Made by a program: the position numbers and the translations under genes. Of a stretch of 64,000 bases of DNA, positions 10,406 to 20,944 are shown one piece after another; the first letter of the stretch is position 1, and each line of letters begins with the position of its first letter. Under the pieces are notes generated by a model. It saw only the letters and a program-made list of their open reading frames with translations, did no database searches and had not been told where the DNA came from. Origin of the DNA: Gemmatimonadaceae bacterium (lineage in GTDB: Bacteria > Gemmatimonadota > Gemmatimonadetes > Gemmatimonadales > Gemmatimonadaceae); NCBI GenBank assembly GCA_051859245.1, contig JBHYGA010000001.1:1725722-1789721 (forward strand), in the 5' to 3' direction.

Positions 10406-11958
10406 CCATGCGTGATTCTTTGATCTCCATGGGTGTCGCGAACTGGATCCTTCCCGCGTTAGTGCTGTGGCCACTGGTGGGTGCGGCGCTGGTGCTGGTG
10501 TTTGGCCGCGAACGGCTCGCGTCAGCAAACGCCGACGCGCTGCCCTCCGACGCGCTGGGCAGCGGTGGACCGGACGCACGCGCGCTCACGCTCGGCGTGC
10601 TCACGCTTGAAGCCGTGCTCGGTGTGCTCGCCTGGCTCATGTACGATGCCAGCGCGAGTGGTTGGCAACTGCGCACGGATTGGACATGGCTCCCGGATAT
10701 TGGCGCGAAGCTCAGTCTTGGCGTTGACGGTATCTCGCTCCCGATGCTGGTGCTCACCACGTTGCTTATGCCGCTGTCGCTGATCGCCACGTGGAATCAA
10801 GTGACGTCGCGACTGCCAAGTTACGGAGCACTGCTGCTGGCGCTCACCAGCGGACTGGTGGGTGTGTTCGCGGCGCTCGACCTGCTGCTGTTCTTCCTGG
10901 CGTGGGAGCTGATGCTGATCCCGATGTACTTCATCATCGGCATCTGGGGCTCGGCCGGTCGAACGCGCGCCGCGATCAAGTACGTCATGCTCACGATGTT
11001 GGGCTCAATGCTCATGCTGGCTGGGATCGTGGCACTGTACGTGATGGGCGGCAGTGGCTCACTGCATCTCGATGATCTGCTGCAGCTTTCGCTGGGGTTG
11101 AATGTTCAGCTCTGGCTGTTCACCGCATTTTTCCTCGCGTTCGCGATCAAGTCGGCGTTGGTGCCGTTTCATACGTGGCTTCCGGACGCGCAGTTCGAAG
11201 CACCCGTAATCGGCGCCGTGGTGCTCGGACTCAAGGTGGGCACGTACGCGCTGCTGCGCTTTGCAATGCCGCTGTTTCCCGACGCCGTCATGCACGAGAC
11301 CGTACAAAGCGTCGTACTGATTCTATCCGTCATCGCGATTGTATGGGGCGCGCTCGTTGCGATCGTCCAGCCGGATCTGCGCAAAGTGCTGTCGTACTCG
11401 AGCATCAGTCACCTCGGCTTTATCATGCTGGGCGCGTTCGCGCTGACGCAGCAAAGTGTTGAAGGCGCCGTCATGATCATGGTGAACCATGGCATCACCA
11501 CCAGCGCGCTGTTTCTGCTCGCCGGATTTCTGAAGGAAAGCGCCGGTACCGACCGGCTTGATGCGTTCGGCGGTCTGGCGCGCGTGATGCCCCTGTTCGC
11601 TGTCATGCTCACACTCTCCATGCTGAGTACGATTGGACTGCCAGGCACGAACGGTTTTGTTGGTGAGTTCCTGGTGCTGCTTGGGAGCTATCGCACGCAG
11701 CCGCTCTTCGCGATCATCGCCACGAGCGGCGTGGTCTTCGCGTCGGTGTACGCCTTGCGCGCGGTGCAGAAATTGCTGTTCTCCTCTCTCGACGTGTCGG
11801 CCAATGGCACGCTACGTGATCTCCGTGGACGCCAGCTGGCGGTCATGGGCGTGTTCGCAATTGCGATGATCTGGCTTGGTGTGGCACCGGAACCTGTGTT
11901 GAAGCGAATGGAAAAGGCGTCGAGTGAGCTCGTGCTCCGTGTTCGGGGGCCAGTATGA
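10402..11958 (+). CDS. nuoM: NADH-quinone oxidoreductase subunit M
   Basis: WELMLIPMYFIIGIWG, YSSISHLG, GLPGTNGFVGEF; ATG at 10402 coupled to nuoL TGA (ATGA). Confidence 0.95.
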   Translation: MTMRDSLISMGVANWILPALVLWPLVGAALVLVFGRERLASANADALPSDALGSGGPDARALTLGVLTLEAVLGVLAWLMYDASASGWQLRTDWTWLPDIGAKLSLGVDGISLPMLVLTTLLMPLSLIATWNQVTSRLPSYGALLLALTSGLVGVFAALDLLLFFLAWELMLIPMYFIIGIWGSAGRTRAAIKYVMLTMLGSMLMLAGIVALYVMGGSGSLHLDDLLQLSLGLNVQLWLFTAFFLAFAIKSALVPFHTWLPDAQFEAPVIGAVVLGLKVGTYALLRFAMPLFPDAVMHETVQSVVLILSVIAIVWGALVAIVQPDLRKVLSYSSISHLGFIMLGAFALTQQSVEGAVMIMVNHGITTSALFLLAGFLKESAGTDRLDAFGGLARVMPLFAVMLTLSMLSTIGLPGTNGFVGEFLVLLGSYRTQPLFAIIATSGVVFASVYALRAVQKLLFSSLDVSANGTLRDLRGRQLAVMGVFAIAMIWLGVAPEPVLKRMEKASSELVLRVRGPV

Positions 11959-13463
11959 TGACCGACTTTGCACTGCCGGGCGCGCTGCTCTACGCGCTGC
12001 TGCCAGAAATCACGCTGGCACTCGGCGCCATGATGCTCTTGCTGGTGAGCGCGTGGGGCGGGGAATCCTCCAATCCCACGCGCCGAACCACGCGGTTCGC
12101 GATCGGAATTGTTGGCGTGACCGCAGCGTCTGTGATTTTTGCCTGGATGCGCGGCGATGGTGGTACGCTGGATGGTCGCCTCGCGGGTGATGGGTTCCGC
12201 TACGCCATGGACCTGATCCTCTTGCTGGGAACTGCGGGATCACTCGCGCTGCTCGACACCGAGCAGGCGCGCACACGCGCGTATCAGGCGGAAGTGCCCG
12301 TGCTCATGTTGCTCGCGCTGATTGGCATGATGTTTCTCACCGCGGCGCGGGATCTGATGTTCTTGTTCATCGGCATCGAACTGATGTCAATCGCCGTGTA
12401 TGTGCTCGCGGGTGTCAATCGCAGTAGTGCCCGGAGCGCTGAAGCATCGCTCAAGTACTTCCTGCTTGGTGCGTTCTCCTCGGGCTTCTTGCTCTACGGC
12501 ATCGCGCTGCTGTACGGCGCGTCGGGCGACACGCGGCTTGCGTCGATCGCGGCCGCGCCAGCAGGGCCGATCTATCTGCTTGGTGTGGCGTTGTTGCTGG
12601 TTGGCATGGCGTTCAAAGTGGCAGCCGTTCCGTTCCACTTGTGGACGCCCGACGTGTACGACGGCGCGCCGTCTCCGATCACGGCGTTCATGGCGGCCTG
12701 TGTAAAATCCGCCGCGTTCGCGATGCTGTTACGCGTGATGGTGGAAGGACTCGCACCTGCGATCGCACATTGGCATCCCGTGCTCTGGTGGCTTGCCGCG
12801 GCAACTATGGTGGTTGGCAACGTGGTCGCGCTGGCGCAACCCAACATCAAGCGCATGCTCGCGTACTCGGGCATCGCACACAGCGGCTATCTGCTGGTGG
12901 CCGTACTGGCCAATTCGCCGGCGGCCACGGCGGCCGTTGTCTTTTATCTGCTGGCCTACACGCTTGCAACACTCGGTGCGTTCGCGGTGCTCGGCGTTGT
13001 GTCGGAAGGCGCCGAACGCGCCACCACCATCGATGATCTCGCTGGTCTTTGGCACGTGCGTCCGCATCTTGCTGCGGCGATGGCCGTGTGTCTGCTTGCG
13101 TTCCTGGGATTCCCGCTCGCTGGCGGCGCCGGTTTCTTTGCCAAGTGGTACGTGTTGCAAGCCGCGCTCGCCGCACCGGCACCGCTAACGGTGCTGGTCG
13201 TCATTCTTGTGCTCGCCAGTGTGGTGTCAGCAGGCTATTACCTCACCGCCATCGCGTCCATGTTCAATCGGCCGCGCGCCGATCGCGCGCCCATGCCGGT
13301 GCAAACGCCTGCGCTTTCCGCAGCAGTGCTGCTGGTGAGCGTGGTGACGTTGCTTGCGCTCGGCGTCATGCCCACGCCAGCGGCACGTTTGGCACAGCAT
13401 GGGCATATGGGTGCGGCGCCGTCAGCATTTGTCTCGTCGGCCGCGGCGCAATCGGCGATGTAA
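11955..13463 (+). CDS. nuoN: NADH-quinone oxidoreductase subunit N
   Basis: EASLKYFLLGAFSS, FKVAAVPFHLWTPDVYDGAP, KRMLAYSGIAHSGY. Confidence 0.96.
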   Translation: MMTDFALPGALLYALLPEITLALGAMMLLLVSAWGGESSNPTRRTTRFAIGIVGVTAASVIFAWMRGDGGTLDGRLAGDGFRYAMDLILLLGTAGSLALLDTEQARTRAYQAEVPVLMLLALIGMMFLTAARDLMFLFIGIELMSIAVYVLAGVNRSSARSAEASLKYFLLGAFSSGFLLYGIALLYGASGDTRLASIAAAPAGPIYLLGVALLLVGMAFKVAAVPFHLWTPDVYDGAPSPITAFMAACVKSAAFAMLLRVMVEGLAPAIAHWHPVLWWLAAATMVVGNVVALAQPNIKRMLAYSGIAHSGYLLVAVLANSPAATAAVVFYLLAYTLATLGAFAVLGVVSEGAERATTIDDLAGLWHVRPHLAAAMAVCLLAFLGFPLAGGAGFFAKWYVLQAALAAPAPLTVLVVILVLASVVSAGYYLTAIASMFNRPRADRAPMPVQTPALSAAVLLVSVVTLLALGVMPTPAARLAQHGHMGAAPSAFVSSAAAQSAM

Positions 13464-13517
13464 CTTCGGGCCGATGCGTTCGGCCTCCTCATGTTTCCCA
13501 CCTCGGAGTTGTTCGGC

Positions 13518-14903
13518 ATGGCAATCAGTGCTTCGATCTTTCGGCAGTATGACGTGCGTGGTGTGGTGGGGCAGGATCTCACCACCGAAGTTGCCGAAGG
13601 AATCGGTCGCGGCTTTGCAGCGCTGCTCACCGAGCGAGGCATCAACGGCGCGGTAGTCGTGGGTCGTGACAATCGCCCCAGTGGAGACGCGTTGCGTGAC
13701 GCGCTGGTGAAGGGGCTCACAATGGCCGGCCGAAATGTGGTCGACATTGGAGTGGTACCGACACCACTCATGTACTGGACGCTGCATCACGAACCGGTCG
13801 TTGGCGGTATTCAGATCACGGGTTCACACAACCCGCCCGAGTACAACGGGTTCAAGATCTGCGTGGGCGCCGCCTCGCTGCATGGCGACGGCATCCAGCG
13901 GCTCTACGCGCTCGCTACATCGGCAGCGGTCGATGCGGCCACCACCGGCACGGTGCGTCGCACCGATGTGATCGAGCGATACATCGACGACATTGTCACC
14001 AAAATCGGGCCGCTGTCGCGTCGGATCCGCATGGTGTACGACTGCGGAAACGGTGCCGCCGCCGTGGTCGCGCCCGCGCTCTTCACCCGATTGGGCGTTG
14101 AGGCAACGGGCCTCTTCACCGAAAGTGACGGCACGTTCCCCAATCATCATCCCGATCCCACCGTACCGGAGAACCTCGCCGACTGCATCGCGGCGGTGAA
14201 GCGCACCGGCTCGGAACTCGGCGTCGCGTTTGACGGCGACGGTGATCGCATTGGTATTGTGGACGGGTCGGGGTCGATCATCTGGGGCGATCATCTGCTG
14301 ATTCTCTACGCGCGCGATGTGCTTGCACGAACCGGCAAAGGTCAGTCCATCATCTTTGATGTCAAGTGTTCGCAAGCGCTGAGCGACGCGATCACAGCCG
14401 CTGGTGGTGTGCCAGTGATGTGGAAGACAGGACACTCGCTCATCAAGGACAAGATGAAAGAGACCCACGCACCGATCGCTGGTGAAATGTCGGGTCACAT
14501 GTTCTTTGAAGAGAGCTTCTACGGCCACGACGACGCACTCTACGCGGCGGCGCGTTTGCTGCGCATTCTCGATGATGCCGGCCAGCGCGTGGATGAGCTG
14601 CTCGCTGATGTCCCCGCGTTTGTCTCCACACCGGAGATTCGCGTGGACACCGACGACGCCCTCAAGTTCGGAATTGTAGCTGATGCGATTGCGCACTTCA
14701 GCGCCCACTACGACGTGATTGATGTGGACGGCATTCGCGTCTTGTTTGGTGATGGCTGGGGACTGATTCGCGCCTCGAACACGCAGCCCGTGCTCGTCAT
14801 GCGCTTTGAGGCGCGCTCCGAAGCCCGACTGGCAGAAATCCGCGCGGTGTTCGAAGACTGGCTCCGCGCGCGCGGCGTCGATCCGTCGCCAAGCACACAC
14901 TGA
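13518..14903 (+). CDS. Phosphomannomutase/phosphoglucomutase (AlgC-like)
   Basis: IFRQYDVRG, ITGSHNPPEYNG phosphoserine loop, DGDGDR metal loop, GEMSGH; GGAG precedes ATG 13518. Confidence 0.93.
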   Translation: MAISASIFRQYDVRGVVGQDLTTEVAEGIGRGFAALLTERGINGAVVVGRDNRPSGDALRDALVKGLTMAGRNVVDIGVVPTPLMYWTLHHEPVVGGIQITGSHNPPEYNGFKICVGAASLHGDGIQRLYALATSAAVDAATTGTVRRTDVIERYIDDIVTKIGPLSRRIRMVYDCGNGAAAVVAPALFTRLGVEATGLFTESDGTFPNHHPDPTVPENLADCIAAVKRTGSELGVAFDGDGDRIGIVDGSGSIIWGDHLLILYARDVLARTGKGQSIIFDVKCSQALSDAITAAGGVPVMWKTGHSLIKDKMKETHAPIAGEMSGHMFFEESFYGHDDALYAAARLLRILDDAGQRVDELLADVPAFVSTPEIRVDTDDALKFGIVADAIAHFSAHYDVIDVDGIRVLFGDGWGLIRASNTQPVLVMRFEARSEARLAEIRAVFEDWLRARGVDPSPSTH

Positions 14904-14910
14904 CCACCGC

Positions 14911-17442
14911 ATGATTCGCGGACGCCTTGGGCTGATTGCTGTTGTTGCCACGCTTGCGATTGCGCTGTTGATCGGCCGCTCGCTGAGCGCGGTGATGGTC
15001 GATCAGGCGTGGTACGCCGCCCTCGGCGCCAGCGCCATCTGGCGCGACAAACTGCTGTCCGTGTTGCTGCTCAAAGGAGGCGCGTGGCTGCTCGGCAGCG
15101 CGTTCGTCTTTGCAAACTTGTGGGCGGTTCGCCGCACGATTCGCGAGATCGCCGTACCAACACGAGTCGGCGATCTCGAAGTGACGGAAGTCGTGCCCGC
15201 GCAACGTTTGCTCGTGGTCACGCTGGCGGCCTCGGCACTGCTCGGCATGGCACTCACATTGCCGCTGAACGACTGGACACTGCTCAGCAACGCCTGGCGC
15301 GCAGAACCGTTTTCAGAGTACGAGCCATTTTTCCAGCGTGATCTCGGCTTCTATGTGAACTGGCTGCCGTTTGAAACAGCGCTGTACACCTGGACACTTG
15401 TAGCGATCGTTGCGATCACCGCATTGATCACGGTGCTGTATGCACTGACGCGTGATCTGCGCCTCGTTGGACGACAGGTCGTTTCAACAACACACGTCCG
15501 CCGGCATCTCACCACGCTGGGCGCGCTCGTGCTCATGTTGCTCGCCTGGAGCTACCGACTCGACGCGTACGAACTGCTGTTGTGGGGCAGCGGATTCGAC
15601 GGGTTGTTCACGCGTGTCGATCATCGCTACACATCGCGCATCGATCTGGTGCTGGCCATCGGCACCTTTGCCGCCGCGCTGATTGTGTTGCGCGCGGGAT
15701 GGATCGGCCAGGTGCGGGCTGCGTTTGTCACGGTCACGGTGGTCATTGTTGCCGCGCTCGTGCTGCGTCAGGCGGGCCCCGGCGTTGTCGCCAGCAACGA
15801 CTGGGTGGGTAGCGCAGACACACGTGATCGCGACTACATCGGGACGCGATCGATCTACACTCGCCGAGCTTACAACGTCGAGGGTGTGAACGTCATCGCG
15901 GCAGACGCACCCACAGATTCTCTCGCGCTGGGCACATCGATCGACCCGGCGCGCTCGACGGTGCTCTGGGATGCCGAGGTGCTCAACAGCGTACGCGGTG
16001 GGGCAGAGTCGCCACTGACCGTACTGATTCCGCCCGCGTGGCAGTCTGGGCCGAGCGGCCCCGAGGCCGTGTTGATCACGCGCACCACATCGCTCACGCC
16101 GGTGTGGGATGTACGTGTGATTCCTGGAACCATCGCGGACAATCGCGGCGCGCCAATCCTCGCGCGACACCGCGCGGTGGGAAGCGGCGCCGTGGCCGAG
16201 CCGCTCATCGCGCCCGGGTTTACGGATCATCGCGTAGTATCCGGCGATGGTTTGCTCGAGCTTCCCGGCGATGATGCGCTGGGTGCAATCGGCGCGGATC
16301 CGTTTGCCGATCGCCGCGTACCGGCAGCGTCCTTGAATGGCTGGGGATCACGACTCGCCCACGCGTGGGCCACGCGCGATGTGTCGCTGTTGTCGCGTGA
16401 TGAGCTCGACGAGGAGATCGCCGTTGTGCTGCACCGCGATGTACGGGCGCGTGTCCAACGACTCGCGCCGACGCTCGCGCAGAGCGAGGCGATTACGCCG
16501 ATCGTGTATAGCGGTGTGTTGTTGTGGGCGATCGAGCTATACAGCGCGTCAGAGTACTATCCGCTGAGCGTGCGCTTTCAGCTCGCAGGCGCGCCTCGCA
16601 GCTACTTCCGACATGCGGCCACAGCCCTCGTTGACGCACACTCTGGCCGCGTCCGTTTTGTACCAGCAGACGCACCAGATGCTGTTGCGAAGACCTGGTT
16701 TGCGCGCGTTCCCACGCTGCTCGTCAAGCCGGAGTTGCTGCCCATGTCGCTGCGTCAACAACTGCCGATTGCTACAGACGGTGCCATGGCGCAGATGCGC
16801 GCGTTCGCTCGCGTTGGCTCACGCCGTACCGGCCACATTGCGCGTTTCCTCCCAGACAGCCTGCCCGGTGTCGCGCCGTATCCTGTGGCAACGGCGGGAC
16901 CGTCACGCGATGCCATCAGTTGGGCGCTGCCGCTCGTGAACGACGCCGATCAACTGGTGGGCGTGTTCGAGGCCGCTGGCGGATTTATTCGCGCCAGTCG
17001 ATGGCATGCGCTCGAGGAGCCGTTTCCTCGGTGGAGTGCGCTGCGCGGACAGATTTCGACACGGCTCGATAGTGCGGCCGCGCGTACACGAAGTGAATCC
17101 GATGGCCCCACACAGCTCGGCGCGGCCCGCGTGCGCGTGCGCGACGGACGCGTGTCACTCCTGCGACCAGCGTATGCCGCCGATGCCGCGGGCCAGCACC
17201 TCATTGCCGTTGCCGTCAGCACCGATTCCGGAGTGGTAACCGGTGCTTCCCTTGATGCACTCTTTGCGCCCGAGACCGTACCGACCACTGCAGGGTCCTG
17301 GCGAACGCAGTCTGAAGCGGCCCGACAGGCCGAATCCGCCCGATTGTACGACGCGATGCGCGACGCGCTTCGCCAGAGTGACTGGACGCGCTTCGGCGCA
17401 ACCTTTGATAGTCTCGGCCTGGTATTGGGCCGAGTGCCCTAG
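14911..17442 (+). CDS. UPF0182 family membrane protein (divergent)
   Basis: N-terminal multi-TM region with D..WY..LG and EPFFQRDLGFY..LPF; later YYPLS and SYFR..ATALVDAHSG motifs; C-terminal ALRQSDWTRFG helix typical of the family. Confidence 0.75.
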   Translation: MIRGRLGLIAVVATLAIALLIGRSLSAVMVDQAWYAALGASAIWRDKLLSVLLLKGGAWLLGSAFVFANLWAVRRTIREIAVPTRVGDLEVTEVVPAQRLLVVTLAASALLGMALTLPLNDWTLLSNAWRAEPFSEYEPFFQRDLGFYVNWLPFETALYTWTLVAIVAITALITVLYALTRDLRLVGRQVVSTTHVRRHLTTLGALVLMLLAWSYRLDAYELLLWGSGFDGLFTRVDHRYTSRIDLVLAIGTFAAALIVLRAGWIGQVRAAFVTVTVVIVAALVLRQAGPGVVASNDWVGSADTRDRDYIGTRSIYTRRAYNVEGVNVIAADAPTDSLALGTSIDPARSTVLWDAEVLNSVRGGAESPLTVLIPPAWQSGPSGPEAVLITRTTSLTPVWDVRVIPGTIADNRGAPILARHRAVGSGAVAEPLIAPGFTDHRVVSGDGLLELPGDDALGAIGADPFADRRVPAASLNGWGSRLAHAWATRDVSLLSRDELDEEIAVVLHRDVRARVQRLAPTLAQSEAITPIVYSGVLLWAIELYSASEYYPLSVRFQLAGAPRSYFRHAATALVDAHSGRVRFVPADAPDAVAKTWFARVPTLLVKPELLPMSLRQQLPIATDGAMAQMRAFARVGSRRTGHIARFLPDSLPGVAPYPVATAGPSRDAISWALPLVNDADQLVGVFEAAGGFIRASRWHALEEPFPRWSALRGQISTRLDSAAARTRSESDGPTQLGAARVRVRDGRVSLLRPAYAADAAGQHLIAVAVSTDSGVVTGASLDALFAPETVPTTAGSWRTQSEAARQAESARLYDAMRDALRQSDWTRFGATFDSLGLVLGRVP

Positions 17443-17457
17443 GTAGTGCCGCGCGGC

Positions 17458-17487
17458 TTGCCCCTGAACCGCGCCTCTACGTAGCAT
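17458..17487 (+). promoter_or_regulatory. Putative sigma70 promoter of sucCD
   Basis: TTGCCC-N18-TAGCAT upstream of GGAGA RBS. Confidence 0.45.
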
Positions 17488-17524
17488 TGAAAGCTGGTTG
17501 ACACCCCCGAAAATCGGAGAACGC

Positions 17525-18667
17525 GTGGATTTACATGAATATCAAGCGAAAGAGCTGATGCGGGCGGCCGGCGTGCCGATCCCGCCAGGTCGCATCGCTC
17601 GTACGGCTGCTGAAGCCGAGGCCATCGCCACGGAATACGGCGTGCCGGTAATGGTGAAGGCGCAGGTGCACGCTGGCGGCCGCGGCAAGGCGGGCGGCGT
17701 CAAGTATTGCAAGACGGCCGCTGACGCGCGAGAAAAGGCGCAGGCCATTCTCGGTATGGATATCAAAGGACTCACGGTGGAGAAGGTGCTCGTCACCGAA
17801 GCCGCTGATATCGCGTCCGAAGCGTACGTCGGCATTATCGTGGATCGCGCCACGAAGAAGGCGGTGTTCATGGTGAGCGCTGCAGGCGGTATCGACATTG
17901 AAGAAGTCGCCGCGAGCACGCCAGAAAAGATCCTGTACCTGCCGGTTGATCCGCGTTACGGTTTGCTCTCGTTCGAAGCCCTGCGCATGGGCTTCTTTCT
18001 GTACGCTGACGCGAAGCTCGCGCGCGCTGCCGCCAAGATCATGCAGCAGCTCTACACGGCGTTCGTGAACGCCGGTTGCTCGCTCGCAGAAATCAATCCG
18101 CTGGTCGTCACGCCGAACAACGAGCTCATCGCCGTTGACGGCAAGATGGTCATCGACGACAACGAACTGGATCGTCGTCCCGACATCGCCGCACTGCGCG
18201 ACGAGTCGAGCGAAGCGCCAAGCGAAGTGGACGCGCGCAACGCCAATCTCACGTTCATCAAGCTGGATGGTGATGTCGGCTGCATCGTGAACGGTGCCGG
18301 TCTCGCCATGGCCACGATGGATCTCGTCAAGCACTACGGCGGGGATCCGGCCAACTTCCTCGATATCGGCGGATCGTCAAATCCGGAGAAGGTCGTGAAT
18401 GCACTGCGCATCATCACGTCGGATCCGAATGTGAAGTGCATCCTGTTCAACATTTTCGGCGGCATCACGCGCACCGATGACGTAGCCAACGGAATTGTCA
18501 CCGCCACCAAGCAGAATCCGCTCAAGGTACCGATCGTGATTCGCCTGACCGGCACGAACGAAGAAATCGCAATGAAGATTCTCCAGGACAACGGCTTCTC
18601 GGCGTCCTCCGACATGGACGAAGCAGTGCAGCGCGCGGTCGCGCTGGCCAAGGGAGGCGCAGCCTAA
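17525..18667 (+). CDS. sucC: Succinyl-CoA synthetase beta subunit
   Basis: (M)[43 protein letters not shown] start after GGAGA. Confidence 0.97.
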   Translation: MDLHEYQAKELMRAAGVPIPPGRIARTAAEAEAIATEYGVPVMVKAQVHAGGRGKAGGVKYCKTAADAREKAQAILGMDIKGLTVEKVLVTEAADIASEAYVGIIVDRATKKAVFMVSAAGGIDIEEVAASTPEKILYLPVDPRYGLLSFEALRMGFFLYADAKLARAAAKIMQQLYTAFVNAGCSLAEINPLVVTPNNELIAVDGKMVIDDNELDRRPDIAALRDESSEAPSEVDARNANLTFIKLDGDVGCIVNGAGLAMATMDLVKHYGGDPANFLDIGGSSNPEKVVNALRIITSDPNVKCILFNIFGGITRTDDVANGIVTATKQNPLKVPIVIRLTGTNEEIAMKILQDNGFSASSDMDEAVQRAVALAKGGAA

Positions 18668-19539
18668 TGAGTATCTTCATCGACAAGAACACCACGCTCA
18701 TCGTGCAGGGCATCACGGGCCGCGACGGCTCGTTCCACGCCAAGCAGATGATGGAGTACGGCACGCGCGTTGTTGGCGGTGTGACTCCAGGCAAGGGTGG
18801 TCAGAAGTTCGAAGACAGCGTACCGATCTTTGATACGATGCACGCTGCCGTTGCTGCCACGGGTGCGAATACGTCTGTGATTTACGTGCCGCCGCCATTC
18901 GCGGCTGACGCGATCATGGAAGCGGCGGCCGCTGGCATCAAGCTGATCGTCTGCATCACGGAAGGCGTACCCGTGCTCGACATGACGCGCGTGTATCCGT
19001 TTGTGAAGGAACACGGCGCACGCTTGCTTGGCCCCAACTGCCCGGGTCTGATCACACCGGGTGAAAGCAAAGTGGGCATCATTCCGGGCCGCATCTGCAC
19101 ACCGGGCAACGTTGGTATCGTGAGCCGCTCTGGTACGCTTACGTACGAAATCGTGCATCAGCTCACGCGTGCTGGCATTGGTCAGAGTTCGTGCGTTGGC
19201 ATTGGTGGTGATCCGATTAACGGCACGAACTTCATCGATTGTCTCGCGGCGTTCGAAGCGGATCCGAACACCAAGGCGATCGCGATGATGGGTGAAATCG
19301 GTGGCACCGATGAACAGGAAGCCGCGCAGTTCATTAAGGACAACATGAAGAAGCCAGTGGTTGGCTTTATCGCCGGTCAGACCGCACCGCCGGGACGCCG
19401 TATGGGTCACGCGGGCGCGATCATTTCCGGTTCGTCGGGAACGGCGGCCGAAAAGATTGATGCGTTCAAGGCGGCCGGCATGGGCGTTGCGCAGCGTCCG
19501 GTGGATTTCGTGGAGTTGATCAGCGCGCGACTCAAGTAA
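18667..19539 (+). CDS. sucD: Succinyl-CoA synthetase alpha subunit
   Basis: [27 protein letters not shown] (phospho-His). Confidence 0.97.
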   Translation: MSIFIDKNTTLIVQGITGRDGSFHAKQMMEYGTRVVGGVTPGKGGQKFEDSVPIFDTMHAAVAATGANTSVIYVPPPFAADAIMEAAAAGIKLIVCITEGVPVLDMTRVYPFVKEHGARLLGPNCPGLITPGESKVGIIPGRICTPGNVGIVSRSGTLTYEIVHQLTRAGIGQSSCVGIGGDPINGTNFIDCLAAFEADPNTKAIAMMGEIGGTDEQEAAQFIKDNMKKPVVGFIAGQTAPPGRRMGHAGAIISGSSGTAAEKIDAFKAAGMGVAQRPVDFVELISARLK

Positions 19540-19568
19540 CCTCGCGCTGTCGCGTACGGAACTGACTC

Positions 19569-20459
19569 GTGTTGCTCACGGAACTGTTGTCGCCTGCGCG
19601 CTGCGTCGTGCCGCTCGCAGCGACAACACTCGCCGACGCCGGTTTTGCGTTGGTGTCTGCGTTGGAATCCGACGGCGCCGTGGCCGATCCGGATCGGTTG
19701 CGTGAGCGCATTGAAGAAGCGCGCACGGAAGATGTTGTGGGATTTCGCGGTCGCGGTTTCGTGCTGCATTATCGCACGGATGCCGTGGCCGCGTTGTCGT
19801 TAGCCGTTGGTGTGGCGGCCAAACCGGTGTGTCGCGAACTCGGTGACGGCGAAGACACGCAGTGTGCACGTGTCGTTGCCGTTGTGGTGGCGCCACGGAA
19901 AGATGCGGCCCGACACCTGCAGGTGGTGAGTGCGCTCGGCCAGCTGCTCGCGCGTCCCGGGGCGGTGCACTCGTTTGAGGCGGCGCACTCGGCCGAGGCC
20001 TTGATGGCCGCCTCGGGCTGGCAGGAGGTCGCGATCGAGCCGCAGCTCACCGTGCGCGACGTGATGTCGCTTCGGCCGCGCTCGATCGGGGCGGACACAC
20101 CGCTTCGGGCGGCGGTCATGGACATGCGTCGCGCTGGGGTCAGCACGCTCCCCGTGGTGGACGAGCAAAACCGGGTAATCGGCCTGCTCAGCGAACGGGA
20201 GCTGCTGCGACACCTGCTGAGTCATTACCTTCCTCGTGCTGGTGGACAGCCCAGTGGGCCGCCATCGGCCGCAAGCCGGCGAACGGTGCGTGATGTGATG
20301 ACACGACAGGTGCTGTGCGTCTCGCCTCACCAACCGCTCGCGGAAGTTGCGTCCCTGATGCTCAACAAAGACGTCGAACGCGTTCCGGTTGTCCGGGACG
20401 GCACGCTCGTGGGATTCCTCACGCGAGGTGACATCGTTCGCAAGCTCATCGGATCCTGA
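19569..20459 (+). CDS. PTS EIIA-like domain fused to a CBS-domain pair
   Basis: N-terminal LTELLSP..V.PL.A, FVLHYR and HLQVVSAL resemble EIIA(Ntr/Fru); C-terminal [21 protein letters not shown] and [24 protein letters not shown] repeats. Confidence 0.75.
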   Translation: MLLTELLSPARCVVPLAATTLADAGFALVSALESDGAVADPDRLRERIEEARTEDVVGFRGRGFVLHYRTDAVAALSLAVGVAAKPVCRELGDGEDTQCARVVAVVVAPRKDAARHLQVVSALGQLLARPGAVHSFEAAHSAEALMAASGWQEVAIEPQLTVRDVMSLRPRSIGADTPLRAAVMDMRRAGVSTLPVVDEQNRVIGLLSERELLRHLLSHYLPRAGGQPSGPPSAASRRTVRDVMTRQVLCVSPHQPLAEVASLMLNKDVERVPVVRDGTLVGFLTRGDIVRKLIGS

Positions 20460-20461
20460 TC

Positions 20462-20881
20462 ATGGCTGGACGACATACTCTGACGATCATCAAGCCGGAC
20501 GCCTTTGGCGCCGGCAAGGCTGGCCTCATTCTCGCGCTGCTCGAGAAGCACGGCTTCACCGTGAAGGCCGCTCGCGTGCTGCACCTGAGCACCGCGCAGG
20601 CGGGCGCGTTCTACGCCGTACACAAGGGGCGTCCGTTCTACGACGAACTGGTGTCGTTCATGGCCAGTGGCCCGTGCATGCCCATGCTGCTCGAGCGCGA
20701 CGACGCGGTGGCCACGCTGCGTACGGTGATTGGCGCAACCGATCCGGCCGAAGCGGCCGAGGGCACGGTGCGTAAGCTGTATGCGGAATCGAAGGGCCGG
20801 AACGCGATTCATGCGTCCGATTCCGACGAAAACGCGCAGATCGAAGCCGGCTTCTTTTTCGCCGGGCTGGAAACGGTCTGA
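20462..20881 (+). CDS. ndk: Nucleoside diphosphate kinase
   Basis: [28 protein letters not shown]. Confidence 0.97.
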   Translation: MAGRHTLTIIKPDAFGAGKAGLILALLEKHGFTVKAARVLHLSTAQAGAFYAVHKGRPFYDELVSFMASGPCMPMLLERDDAVATLRTVIGATDPAEAAEGTVRKLYAESKGRNAIHASDSDENAQIEAGFFFAGLETV

Positions 20882-20907
20882 GGCGGGGCTTTCGGCGCGG
20901 CCTCCCC

Positions 20908-20936
20908 TTGTCTCAAGCGCATGAAGGCCCTAACTT
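20908..20936 (+). promoter_or_regulatory. Putative sigma70 promoter of yceD-rpmF-plsX-fab operon
   Basis: TTGTCT-N17-TAACTT, 8 nt upstream of ATG 20945. Confidence 0.55.
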
Positions 20937-20944
20937 TACGGGCT

